This document shows positions 25,801 through 39,700 of a stretch of 64,000 bases of DNA, one piece after another. The stretch lies in the NCBI GenBank assembly GCA_964057225.1, contig OZ059896.1, positions 21,266,001-21,330,000 of the forward strand, written 5' to 3'. The notes under the pieces are model-generated. The model was not told where the DNA came from and ran no database searches. It saw nothing but the letters and a program-made list of their open reading frames with translations. A program made the position numbers and the translations under genes. This DNA is from Auanema rhodensis (lineage: Eukaryota; Animalia; Nematoda). The stretch's first letter is position 1. Every line of letters begins with the position of its first letter.

Positions 25801-27743
25801 AAATAAGTTATGATCGTTTGAAAAATGATGCATTAGTGTATGTTGAGTTTCCATGTACACTCAACATTGCTTCCAAAAACATTTTGACAAAAATTTTTTC
25901 GAAAAATTTCAAAATAATTTAGCAAAAAGTAGATGTTTTTAGATTCCATTTTTCAAGACAAAGACGATGGACAATGTTATTCAACGAAAAAATTTTTTCT
26001 TCAGGGTGAAAATCGAGGATATAAGTGTGAACTTATATCAGTTGATATCTCGGTGCATTTTCAAGCTAGCGCAAATCTGATAACACAGATCGACGCAGCT
26101 CAAAAATCCGCATCGAATGCACTATACTACATTGAGAAACGCTTGATACAGAAAATAAGTTATGATCGTTTGAAAAATGATGCATTAGTGTATGTTGAGT
26201 TTCCATGTACACTCAACATTGCTTCCAAAAACATTTTGACAAAAATTTTTTCGAAAAATTTCAAAATAATTTAGCAAAAAGTAGATGTTTTTAGATTCCT
26301 TTTTTCAAGGCAAAGACGATGGACAATGTTATTCAACGAAAAAATTAATTCTTCAGGGTGAAAATCGAGGATATAAGTGTGAACTTATATCAGTTGATAT
26401 CTCGGTGCATTTTTAAGCTAGCGCAAATCTGATAACACAGATCGACGCAGCTTAAAAATCCGCATCGAATGCACTATACTACAATGAGAAACGCTTAATA
26501 CAAAAATTAGTTATGATCGTTTGAAAAATGATGCATTAGTGTATGTTGAGTTTCCATGTACACTCAACATTGCTTCCAAAAACATTTTGACAAAAATTTT
26601 TTCGAAAAATTTCAAAATAATTTAGCAAAAAGTAGATGTTTTTAGATTCCTTTTTTCAAAGCAAAGACGATGAACAATGTTATTCAACGAAAAAATTAAT
26701 TCTTCAGGGTGAAAATCGAGGATATAAGTGTGAACTTATATCAGTTGATATCTCGGTGCATTTTTAAGCTAGCGCAAATCTGATAACACAGATCGACGCA
26801 GCTTAAAAATCCGCATCGAATGCACTATACTACATTGAGAAACGCTTGATACAGAAAATAAGTTATGATCGTTTGAAAAATGATGCATTAGTGTATGTTG
26901 AGTTTCCATGTACACTCAACATTGCTTCCAAAAACATTTTGACAAAAATTTTTTCGAAAAATTTCAAAATAATTTAGCAAAAAGTAGATGTTTTTAGATT
27001 CCTTTTTTCAAAGCAAAGACGATGAACAATGTTATTCAACGAAAAAATTAATTCTTCAGGGTGAAAATCGAGGATATAAGTGTGAACTTATATCAGTTGA
27101 TATCTCGGTGCATTTTCAAGCTAGCGCAAATCTGATAACACAGATCGACGCAGCTTAAAAATCCGCATCGAATGCACTATACTACATTGAGAAACGCTTG
27201 ATACAGAAAATAAGTTATGATCGTTTGAAAAATGATGCATTAGTGTATGTTGAGTTTCCATGTACACTCAACATTGCTTCCAAAAACATTTTGACAAAAA
27301 TTTTTTCGAAAAATTTCAAAATAATTTAGCAAAAAGTAGATGTTTTTAGATTCCTTTTTTCAAGGCAAAGACGATGGACAATGTTATTCAACGAAAAAAT
27401 TAATTCTTCAGGGTGAAAATCGAGGATATAAGTGTGAACTTATATCAGTTGATATCTCGGTGCATTTTTAAGCTAGCGCAAATCTGATAACACAGATCGA
27501 CGCAGCTTAAAAATCCGCATCGAATGCACTATACTACAATGAGAAACGCTTAATACAAAAATTAGTTATGATCGTTTGAAAAATGATGCATTAGTGTATG
27601 TTGAGTTTCCATGTACACTCAACATTGCTTCCAAAAACATTTTGACAAAAATTTTTTCGAAAAATTTCAAAATAATTTAGCAAAAAGTAGATGTTTTTAG
27701 ATTCCTTTTTTCAAAGCAAAGACGATGAACAATGTTATTCAAC

Positions 27744-30700
27744 GAAAAAATTAATTCTTCAGGGTGAAAATCGAGGATATAAGTGTGAACTTATATCAGT
27801 TGATATCTCGGTGCATTTTTAAGCTAGCGCAAATCTGATAACACAGATCGACGCAGCTTGAAAATCCGCATCGAATGTACTATACTACATTGAGAAACGC
27901 TTAATACAAAAATTAGTTATGATCGTTTGAAAAATGATGCCTTAGTGTATGTTGAGTTTCCATGTACACTCAACATTGCTTCCAAAAACATTTTGACAAA
28001 AATTTTTTCGAAAAATTTCAAAATAATTTAGCAAAAAGTAGATGTTTTTAGATTCCTTTTTTCAAGGCAAAGACGATGGACAATGTTATTCAACGAAAAA
28101 ATTAATTCTTCAGGGTGAAAATCGAGGATATAAGTGTGAACTTATATCAGTTGATATCTCGGTGCATTTTTAAGCTAGCGCAAATCTGATAACACAGATC
28201 GACGCAGCTTAAAAATCCGCATCGAATGCACTATACTACTTTGAGAAACGCTTAATACAAAAATTAGTTATGATCGTTTGAAAAATGATGCATTAGTGTA
28301 TGTTGAGTTTCCATGTACACTCAACATTGCTTCCAAAAACATTTTGACAAAAATTTTTTCGAAAAATTTCAAAATAATTTAGCAAAAAGTAGATGTTTGT
28401 AGATTCCTTTTTTCAAGGCAAAGACGATGAACAATGTTATTCAACGAAAAAATTAATTCTTCAGGGTGAAAATCGAGGATATAAGTGTGAACTTATATCA
28501 GTTGATATCTCGGTGCATTTTTAAGCTAGCGCAAATCTGATAACACAGATCGACGCAGCTTGAAAATCCGCATCGAATGTACTATACTACATTGAGAAAC
28601 GCTTAATACAAAAATTAGTTATGATCGTTTGAAAAATGATGCATTAGTGTATGTTGAGTTTCCATGTACACTCAACATTGCTTCCAAAAACATTTTGACA
28701 AAAATTTTTTCGAAAAATTTCAAAATAATTTAGCAAAAAGTAGATGTTTTTAGATTCCTTTTTTCAAGGCAAAGACGATGAACAATGTTATTCAACGAAA
28801 AAATTAATTCTTCAGGGTGAAAATCGAGGATATAAGTGTGCACTTATATCAGTTGATATCTCGGTGCATTTTTAAGCTAGCGCAAATCTGATAACACAGA
28901 TCGACGCAGCTTGAAAATCCGCATCGAATGCACTATACTACATTGAGAAACGCTTAATACAAAAAATAGTTATGATCGTTTGAAAAATGATGCATTAGTG
29001 TATGTTGAGTTTCCATGTACACTCAACATTGCTTCCAAAAACATTTTGACAAAAATTTTTTCGAAAAATTTCAAAATAATTTAGCAAAAAGTAGATGTTT
29101 TTAGATTCCTTTTTTCAAGGCAAAGACGATGGACAATGTTATTCAACGAAAAAATTAATTCTTCAGGGTGAAAATCGAGGATATAAGTGTGAACTTATAT
29201 CAGTTGATATCTCGGTGCATTTTTAAGCTAGCGCAAATCTGATAACACAGATCGACGCAGCTTAAAAATCCGCATCGAATGCACTATACTACTTTGAGAA
29301 ACGCTTAATACAAAAATTAGTTATGATCGTTTGAAAAATGATGCATTAGTGTATGTTGAGTTTCCATGTACACTCAACATTGCTTCCAAAAACATTTTGA
29401 CAAAAATTTTTTCGAAAAATTTCAAAATAATTTAGCAAAAAGTAGATGTTTTTAGATTCCTTTTTTCAAGGCAAAGACGATGAACAATGTTATTCAACGA
29501 AAAAATTAATTCTTCAGGGTGAAAATCGAGGATATAAGTGTGAACTTATATCAGTTGATATCTCGGTGCATTTTTAAGCTAGCGCAAATCTGATAACACA
29601 GATCGACGCAGCTTGAAAATCCGCATCGAATGTACTATACTACATTGAGAAACGCTCAATACAAAAATTAGTTATGATCGTTTGAAAAATGATGCCTTAG
29701 TGTATGTTGAGTTTCCATGTACACTCAACATTGCTTCCAAAAACATTTTGACAAAAATTTTTTCGAAAAATTTCAAAATAATTTAGCAAAAAGTAGATGT
29801 TTTTAGATTCCTTTTTTCAAGGCAAAGACGATGGACAATGTTATTCAACGAAAAAATTAATTCTTCAGGGTGAAAATCGAGGATATAAGTGTGAACTTAT
29901 ATCAGTTGATATCTCGGTGCATTTTTAAGCTAGCGCAAATCTGATAACACAGATCGACGCAGCTTAAAAATCCGCATCGAATGCACTATACTACTTTGAG
30001 AAACGCTTAATACAAAAATTAGTTATGATCGTTTGAAAAATGATGCATTAGTGTATGTTGAGTTTCCATGTACACTCAACATTGCTTCCAAAAACATTTT
30101 GACAAAAATTTTTTCGAAAAATTTCAAAATAATTTAGCAAAAAGTAGATGTTTTTAGATTCCTTTTTTCAAGGCAAAGACGATGAACAATGTTATTCAAC
30201 GAAAAAATTAATTCTTCAGGGTGAAAATCGAGGATATAAGTGTGAACTTATATCAGTTGATATCTCGGTGCATTTTTAAGCTAGCGCAAATCTGATAACA
30301 CAGATCGACGCAGCTTGAAAATCCGCATCGAATGTACTATACTACATTGAGAAACGCTTAATACAAAAATTAGTTATGATCGTTTGAAAAATGATGCATT
30401 AGTGTATGTTGAGTTTCCATGTACACTCAACATTGCTTCCAAAAACATTTTGACAAAAATTTTTTCGAAAAATTTCAAAATAATTTAGCAAAAAGTAGAT
30501 GTTTTTAGATTCCTTTTTTCAAGGCAAAGACGATGAACAATGTTATTCAACGAAAAAATTAATTCTTCAGGGTGAAAATCGAGGATATAAGTGTGAACTT
30601 ATATCAGTTGATATCTCGGTGCATTTTTAAGCTAGCGCAAATCTGATAACACAGATCGACGCAGCTTGAAAATCCGCATCGAATGTACTATACTACATTG

Positions 30701-33700
30701 AGAAACGCTCAATACAAAAATTAGTTATGATCGTTTGAAAAATGATGCCTTAGTGTATGTTGAGTTTCCATGTACACTCAACATTGCTTCCAAAAACATT
30801 TTGACAAAAATTTTTTCGAAAAATTTCAAAATAATTTAGCAAAAAGTAGATGTTTTTAGATTCCTTTTTTCAAGGCAAAGACGATGGACAATGTTATTCA
30901 ACGAAAAAATTAATTCTTCAGGGTGAAAATCGAGGATATAAGTGTGAACTTATATCAGTTGATATCTCGGTGCATTTTTAAGCTAGCGCAAATCTGATAA
31001 CACAGATCGACGCAGCTTAAAAATCCGCATCGAATGCACTATACTACTTTGAGAAACGCTTAATACAAAAATTAGTTATGATCGTTTGAAAAATGATGCA
31101 TTAGTGTATGTTGAGTTTCCATGTACACTCAACATTGCTTCCAAAAACATTTTGACAAAAATTTTTTCGAAAAATTTCAAAATAATTTAGCAAAAAGTAG
31201 ATGTTTTTAGATTCCTTTTTTCAAGGCAAAGACGATGGACAATGTTATTCAACGAAAAAATTAATTCTTCAGGGTGAAAATCGAGGATATAAGTGTGAAC
31301 TTATATCAGTTGATATCTCGGTGCATTTTTAAGCTAGCGCAAATCTGATAACACAGATCGACGCAGCTTGAAAATCCGCATCGAATGTACTATACTACAT
31401 TGAGAAACGCTTAATACAAAAAATAGTTATGATCGTTTGAAAAATGATGCATTAGTGTATGTTGAGTTTCCATGTACACTCAACATTGCTTCCAAAAACA
31501 TTTTGACAAAAATTTTTTCGAAAAATTTCAGAATAATTTAGCAAAAAGTAGATGTTTTTAGATTCCTTTTTTCAAGGCAAAGACGATGGACAATGTTATT
31601 CAACAAAAAAACTTATTCTTCAGGGTGAAAATCGAGGATATAAGTGTGCACTTATATCAGTTGATATCTCGGTGCATTTTTAAGCTAGCGCAAATCTGAT
31701 AACACAGATCGACGCAGCTTAAAAATCCGCATCGAATGCACTATACTACATTGAGAAACGCTTAATACAAAAAATAGTTATGATCGTTTGAAAAATGATG
31801 CATTAGTGTATGTTGAGTTTCCATGTACACTCAACATTGCTTCCAAAAACATTTTGACAAAAATTTTTTCGAAAAATTTCAAAATAATTTAGCAAAAAGT
31901 AGATGTTTTTAGATTCCTTTTTTCAAGGCAAAGACGATGAACAATGTTATTCAACGAAAAAATTAATTCTTCAGGGTGAAAATCGAGGATATAAGTGTGA
32001 ACTTATATCAGTTGATATCTCGGTGCATTTTTAAGCTAGCGCAAATCTGATAACACAGATCGACGCAGCTTGAAAATCCGCATCGAATGTACTATACTAC
32101 ATTGAGAAACGCTTAATACAAAAATTAGTTATGATCGTTTGAAAAATGATGCCTTAGTGTATGTTGAGTTTCCATGTACACTCAACATTGCTTCCAAAAA
32201 CATTTTGACAAAAATTTTTTCGAAAAATTTCAAAATAATTTAGCAAAAAGTAGATGTTTTTAGATTCCTTTTTTCAAGGCAAAGACGATGAACAATGTTA
32301 TTCAACGAAAAAATTAATTCTTCAAGGTGAAAATCGAGGATATAAGTGTGAACATATATCAGTTGATATCTCGGTGCATTTTTAAGCTAGCGCAAATCTG
32401 ATAACACAGATCGACGCAGCTTGAAAATCCGCATCGAATGTACTATACTACATTGAGAAACGCTTAATACAAAAATTAGTTATGATCGTTTGAAAAATGA
32501 TGCCTTAGTGTATGTTGAGTTTCCATGTACACTCAACATTGCTTCCAAAAACATTTTGACAAAAATTTTTTCGAAAAATTTCAAAATAATTTAGCAAAAA
32601 GTAGATGTTTTTAGATTCCTTTTTTCAAGGCAAAGACGATGAACAATGTTATTCAACGAAAAAATTAATTCTTCAGGGTGAAAATCGAGGATATAAGTGT
32701 GAACTTATATCAGTTGATATCTCGGTGCATTTTTAAGCTAGCGCAAATCTGATAACACAGATCGACGCAGCTTGAAAATCCGCATCGAATGTACTATACT
32801 ACATTGAGAAACGCTTAATACAAAAATTAGTTATGATCGTTTGAAAAATGATGCCTTAGTGTATGTTGAGTTTCCATGTACACTCAACATTGCTTCCAAA
32901 AACATTTTGACAAAAATTTTTTCGAAAAATTTCAAAATAATTTAGCAAAAAGTAGATGTTTTTAGATTCCTTTTTTCAAGGCAAAGACGATGGACAATGT
33001 TATTCAACGAAAAAATTAATTCTTCAGGGTGAAAATCGAGGATATAAGTGTGAACTTATATCAGTTGATATCTCGGTGCATTTTTAAGCTAGCGCAAATC
33101 TGATAACACAGATCGACGCAGCTTAAAAATCCGCATCGAATGCACTATACTACTTTGAGAAACGCTTAATACAAAAATTAGTTATGATCGTTTGAAAAAT
33201 GATGCATTAGTGTATGTTGAGTTTTCATGTACACTCAACATTGCTTCCAAAAACATTTTGACAAAAATTTTTTCGAAAAATTTCAAAATAATTTAGCAAA
33301 AAGTAGATGTTTTTAGATTCCTTTTTTCAAGGCAAAGACGATGGACAATGTTATTCAACGAAAAAATTAATTCTTCAGGGTGAAAATCGAGGATATAAGT
33401 GTGAACTTATATCAGTTGATATCTCGGTGCATTTTTAAGCTAGCGCAAATCTGATAACACAGATCGACGCAGCTTGAAAATCCGCATCGAATGTACTATA
33501 CTACATTGAGAAACGCTTAATACAAAAAATAGTTATGATCGTTTGAAAAATGATGCATTAGTGTATGTTGAGTTTCCATGTACACTCAACATTGCTTCCA
33601 AAAACATTTTGACAAAAATTTTTTCGAAAAATTTCAGAATAATTTAGCAAAAAGTAGATGTTTTTAGATTCCTTTTTTCAAGGCAAAGACGATGGACAAT

Positions 33701-36700
33701 GTTATTCAACGAAAAAATTAATTCTTCAGGGTGAAAATCGAGGATATAAGTGTGAACTTATATCAGTTGATATCTCGGTGCATTTTTAAGCTAGCGCAAA
33801 TCTGATAACACAGATCGACGCAGCTTAAAAATCCGCATCGAATGCACTATACTACTTTGAGGAACGCTTAATACAAAAATTAGTTATGATCGTTTGAAAA
33901 ATGATGCATTAGTGTATGTTGAGTTTTCATGTACACTCAACATTGCTTCCAAAAACATTTTGACAAAAATTTTTTCGAAAAATTTCAAAATAATTTAGCA
34001 AAAAGTAGATGTTTTTAGATTCCTTTTTTCAAGGCAAAGACGATGGACAATGTTATTCAACGAAAAAATTAATTCTTCAGGGTGAAAATCGAGGATATAA
34101 GTGTGAACTTATATCAGTTGATATCTCGGTGCATTTTTAAGCTAGCGCAAATCTGATAACACAGATCGACGCAGTTTGAAAATCCGCATCGAATGTACTA
34201 TACTACATTGAGAAACGCTTAATACAAAAAATAGTTATGATCGTTTGAAAAATGATGCATTAGTGTATGTTGAGTTTCCATGTACACTCAACATTGCTTC
34301 CAAAAACATTTTGACAAAAATTTTTTCGAAAAATTTCAGAATAATTTAGCAAAAAGTAGATGTTTTTAGATTCCTTTTTTCAAGGCAAAGACGATGGACA
34401 ATGTTATTCAACAAAAAAACTTATTCTTCAGGGTGAAAATCGAGGATATAAGTGTGCACTTATATCAGTTGATATCTCGGTGCATTTTTAAGCTAGCGCA
34501 AATCTGATAACACAGATCGACGCAGCTTAAAAATCCGCATCGAATGCACTATACTACATTGAAAAACGCTTAATACAAAAAATAGTTATGATCGTTTGAA
34601 AAATGATGCATTAGTGTATGTTGAGTTTCCATGTACACTCAACATTGCTTCCAAAAACATTTTGACAAAAATTTTTTCGAAAAATTTCAAAATAATTTAG
34701 CAAAAAGTAGATGTTTTTAGATTCCTTTTTTCAAGGCAAAGACGATGAACAATGTTATTCAACGAAAAAATTAATTCTTCAGGGTGAAAATCGAGGATAT
34801 AAGTGTGAACTTATATCAGTTGATATCTCGGTGCATTTTTAAGCTAGCGCAAATCTGATAACACAGATCGACGCAGCTTGAAAATCCGCATCGAATGTAC
34901 TATACTACATTGAGAAACGCTTAATACAAAAATTAGTTATGATCGTTTGAAAAATGATGCCTTAGTGTATGTTGAGTTTCCATGTACACTCAACATTGCT
35001 TCCAAAAACATTTTGACAAAAATTTTTTCGAAAAATTTCAAAATAATTTAGCAAAAAGTAGATGTTTTTAGATTCCTTTTTTCAAGGCAAAGACGATGGA
35101 CAATGTTATTCAACGAAAAAATTATTTCTTCAGGGTGAAAATCGAGGATATAAGTGTGAACTTATATCAGTTGATATCTCGGTGCATTTTTAAGCTAGCG
35201 CAAATCTGATAACACAGATCGACGCAGCTTAAAAATCCGCATCGAATGCACTATACTACTTTGAGAAACGCTTAATACAAAAATTAGTTATGATCGTTTG
35301 AAAAATGATGCATTAGTGTATGTTGAGTTTTCATGTACACTCAACATTGCTTCCAAAAACATTTTGACAAAAATTTTTTCGAAAAATTTCAAAATAATTT
35401 AGCAAAAAGTAGATGTTTTTAGATTCCTTTTTTCAAGGCAAAGACGATGGACAATGTTATTCAACGAAAAAATTAATTCTTCAGGGTGAAAATCGAGGAT
35501 ATAAGTGTGAACTTATATCAGTTGATATCTCGGTGCATTTTTAAGCTAGCGCAAATCTGATAACACAGATCGACGCAGTTTGAAAATCCGCATCGAATGT
35601 ACTATACTACATTGAGAAACGCTTAATACAAAAAATAGTTATGATCGTTTGAAAAATGATGCATTAGTGTATGTTGAGTTTCCATGTACACTCAACATTG
35701 CTTCCAAAAACATTTTGACAAAAATTTTTTCGAAAAATTTCAGAATAATTTAGCAAAAAGTAGATGTTTTTAGATTCCTTTTTTCAAGGCAAAGACGATG
35801 GACATTGTTATTCAACAAAAAAACTTATTCTTCAGGGTGAAAATCGAGGATATAAGTGTGCACTTATATCAGTTGATATCTCGGTGCATTTTTAAGCTAG
35901 CGCAAATCTGATAACACAGATCGACGCAGCTTAAAAATCCGCATCGAATGCACTATACTACATTGAGAAACGCTTAATACAAAAAATAGTTATGATCGTT
36001 TGAAAAATGATGCATTAGTGTATGTTGAGTTTCCATGTACACTCAACATTGCTTCCAAAAACATTTTGACAAAAATTTTTTCGAAAAATTTCAAAATAAT
36101 TTAGCAAAAAGTAGATGTTTTTAGATTCCTTTTTTCAAGGCAAAGACGATGAACAATGTTATTCAACGAAAAAATTAATTCTTCAGGGTGAAAATCGAGG
36201 ATATAAGTGTGAACTTATATCAGTTGATATCTCGGTGCATTTTTAAGCTAGCGCAAATCTGATAACACAGATCGACGCAGCTTGAAAATCCGCATAGAAT
36301 GTACTATACTTCATTGAGAAACGCTTAATACAAAAATTAGTTATGATCGTTTGAAAAATGATGCCTTAGTGTATGTTGAGTTTCCATGTACACTCAACAT
36401 TGCTTCCAAAAACATTTTGACAAAAATTTTTTCGAAAAATTTCAAAATAATTTAGCAAAAAGTAGATGTTTTTAGATTCCTTTTTTCAAGGCAAAGACGA
36501 TGAACAATGTTATTCAACGAAAAAATTAATTCTTCAGGGTGAAAATCGAGGATATAAGTGTGAACTTATATCAGTTGATATCTCGGTGCATTTTTAAGCT
36601 AGCGCAAATCTGATAACACAGATCGACGCAGCTTGAAAATCCGCATCGAATGTACTATACTACATTGAGAAACGCTTAATACAAAAATTAGTTATGATCG

Positions 36701-39700
36701 TTTGAAAAATGATGCCTTAGTGTATGTTGAGTTTCCATGTACACTCAACATTGCTTCCAAAAACATTTTGACAAAAATTTTTTCGAAAAATTTCAAAATA
36801 ATTTAGCAAAAAGTAGATGTTTTTAGATTCCTTTTTTCAAGGCAAAGACGATGAACAATGTTATTCAACGAAAAAATTAATTCTTCAGGGTGAAAATCGA
36901 GGATATAAGTGTGAACTTATATCAGTTGATATCTCGGTGCATTTTTAAGCTAGCGCAAATCTGATAACACAGATCGACGCAGCTTGAAAATCCGCATCGA
37001 ATGTACTATACTTCATTGAGAAACGCTTAATACAAAAATTAGTTATGATCGTTTGAAAAATGATGCCTTAGTGTATGTTGAGTTTCCATGTACACTCAAC
37101 ATTGCTTCCAAAAACATTTTGACAAAAATTTTTTCGAAAAATTTCAAAATAATTTAGCAAAAAGTAGATGTTTTTAGATTCCTTTTTTCAAGGCAAAGAC
37201 GATGAACAATGTTATTCAACGAAAAAATTAATTCTTCAGGGTGAAAATCGAGGATATAAGTGTGAACTTATATCAGTTGATATCTCGGTGCATTTTTAAG
37301 CTAGCGCAAATCTGATAACACAGATCGACGCAGCTTAAAAATCCGCATCGAATGCACTATACTACTTTGAGGAACGCTTAATACAAAAATTAGTTATGAT
37401 CGTTTGAAAAATGATGCATTAGTGTATGTTGAGTTTTCATGTACACTCAACATTGCTTCCAAAAACATTTTGACAAAAATTTTTTCGAAAAATATCAAAA
37501 TAATTTAGCAAAAAGTAGATGTTTTTAGATTCCTTTTTTCAAGGCAAAGACGATGGACAATGTTATTCAACGAAAAAATTAATTCTTCAGGGTGAAAATC
37601 GAGGATATAAGTGTGAACTTATATCAGTTGATATCTCGGTGCATTTTTAAGCTAGCGCAAATCTGATAACACAGATCGACGCAGTTTGAAAATCCGCATC
37701 GAATGTACTATACTACATTGAGAAACGCTTAATACAAAAAATAGTTATGATCGTTTGAAAAATGATGCATTAGTGTATGTTGAGTTTCCATGTACACTCA
37801 ACATTGCTTCCAAAAACATTTTGACAAAAATTTTTTCGAAAAATTTCAGAATAATTTAGCAAAAAGTAGATGTTTTTAGATTCCTTCTTTCAAGGCAAAG
37901 ACGATGGACAATGTTATTCAACAAAAAAACTTATTCTTCAGGGTGAAAATCGAGGATATAAGTGTGCACTTATATCAGTTGATATCTCGGTGCATTTTTA
38001 AGCTAGCGCAAATCTGATAACACAGATCGACGCAGCTTAAAAATCCGCATCGAATGCACTATACTACATTGAAAAACGCTTAATACAAAAAATAGTTATG
38101 ATCGTTTGAAAAATGATGCATTAGTGTATGTTGAGTTTCCATGTACACTCAACATTGCTTCCAAAAACATTTTGACAAAAATTTTTTCGAAAAATTTCAA
38201 AATAATTTAGCAAAAAGTAGATGTTTTTAGATTCCTTTTTTCAAGGCAAAGACGATGAACAATGTTATTCAACGGAAAAATTAATTCTTCAGGGTGAAAA
38301 TCGAGGATATAAGTGTGAACTTATATCAGTTGATATCTCGGTGCATTTTTAAGCTAGCGCAAATCTGATAACACAGATCGACGCAGCTTGAAAATCCGCA
38401 TCGAATGTACTATACTACATTGAGAAACGCTTAATACAAAAATTAGTTATGATCGTTTGAAAAATGATGCCTTAGTGTATGTTGAGTTTTCATGTACACT
38501 CAACATTTCTTCCAAAAACATTTTGACAAAAATTTTTTCGAAAAATTTCAAAATAATTTAGCAAAAAGTAGATGTTTTTAGATTCCTTTTTTCAAGGCAA
38601 AGACGATGGACAATGTTATTCAACGAAAAAATTAATTCTTCAGGGTGAAAATCGAGGATATAAGTGTGAACTTATATCAGTTGATATCTCGGTGCATTTT
38701 TAAGCTAGCGCAAATCTGATAACACAGATCGACGCAGTTTGAAAATCCGCATCGAATGTACTATACTACATTGAGAAACGCTTAATACAAAAAATAGTTA
38801 TGATCGTTTGAAAAATGATGCATTAGTGTATGTTGAGTTTCCATGTACACTCAACATTGCTTCCAAAAACATTTTGACAAAAATTTTTTCGAAAAATTTC
38901 AGAATAATTTAGCAAAAAGTAGATGTTTTTAGATTCCTTTTTTCAAGGCAAAGACGATGGACAATGTTATTCAACAAAAAAACTTATTCTTCAGGGTGAA
39001 AATCGAGGATATAAGTGTGCACTTATATCAGTTGATATCTCGGTGCATTTTTAAGCTAGCGCAAATCTGATAACACAGATCGACGCAGCTTAAAAATCCG
39101 CATCGAATGCACTATACTACATTGAGAAACGCTTAATACAAAAAATAGTTATGATCGTTTGAAAAATGATGCATTAGTGTATGTTGAGTTTCCATGTACA
39201 CTCAACATTGCTTCCAAAAACATTTTGACAAAAATTTTTTCGAAAAATTTCAAAATAATTTAGCAAAAAGTAGATGTTTTTAGATTCCTTTTTTCAAGGC
39301 AAAGACGATGAACAATGTTATTCAACGAAAAAATTAATTCTTCAGGGTGAAAATCGAGGATATAAGTGTGAACTTATATCAGTTGATATCTCGGTGCATT
39401 TTTAAGCTAGCGCAAATCTGATAACACAGATCGACGCAGCTTGAAAATCCGCATCGAATGTACTATACTTCATTGAGAAACGCTTAATACAAAAATTAGT
39501 TATGATCGTTTGAAAAATGATGCCTTAGTGTATGTTGAGTTTCCATGTACACTCAACATTGCTTCCAAAAACATTTTGACAAAAATTTTTTCGAAAAATT
39601 TCAAAATAATTTAGCAAAAAGTAGATGTTTTTAGATTCCTTTTTTCAAGGCAAAGACGATGAACAATGTTATTCAACGAAAAAATTAATTCTTCAGGGTG

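Larger units (their letters stand above)
1..27743. repeat. Satellite subfamily/domain A (79 monomers)
   Basis: The dominant allele is gattccAttttt. Other alleles are ctacaAtgag, gaaaaaattTTttc and the 352-bp form cttGatacaGaaaatAagtt. The B alleles cttGaaaatc, aatgTact, gatgcCtt and ctacTttgag were not seen here. Confidence 0.9.
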
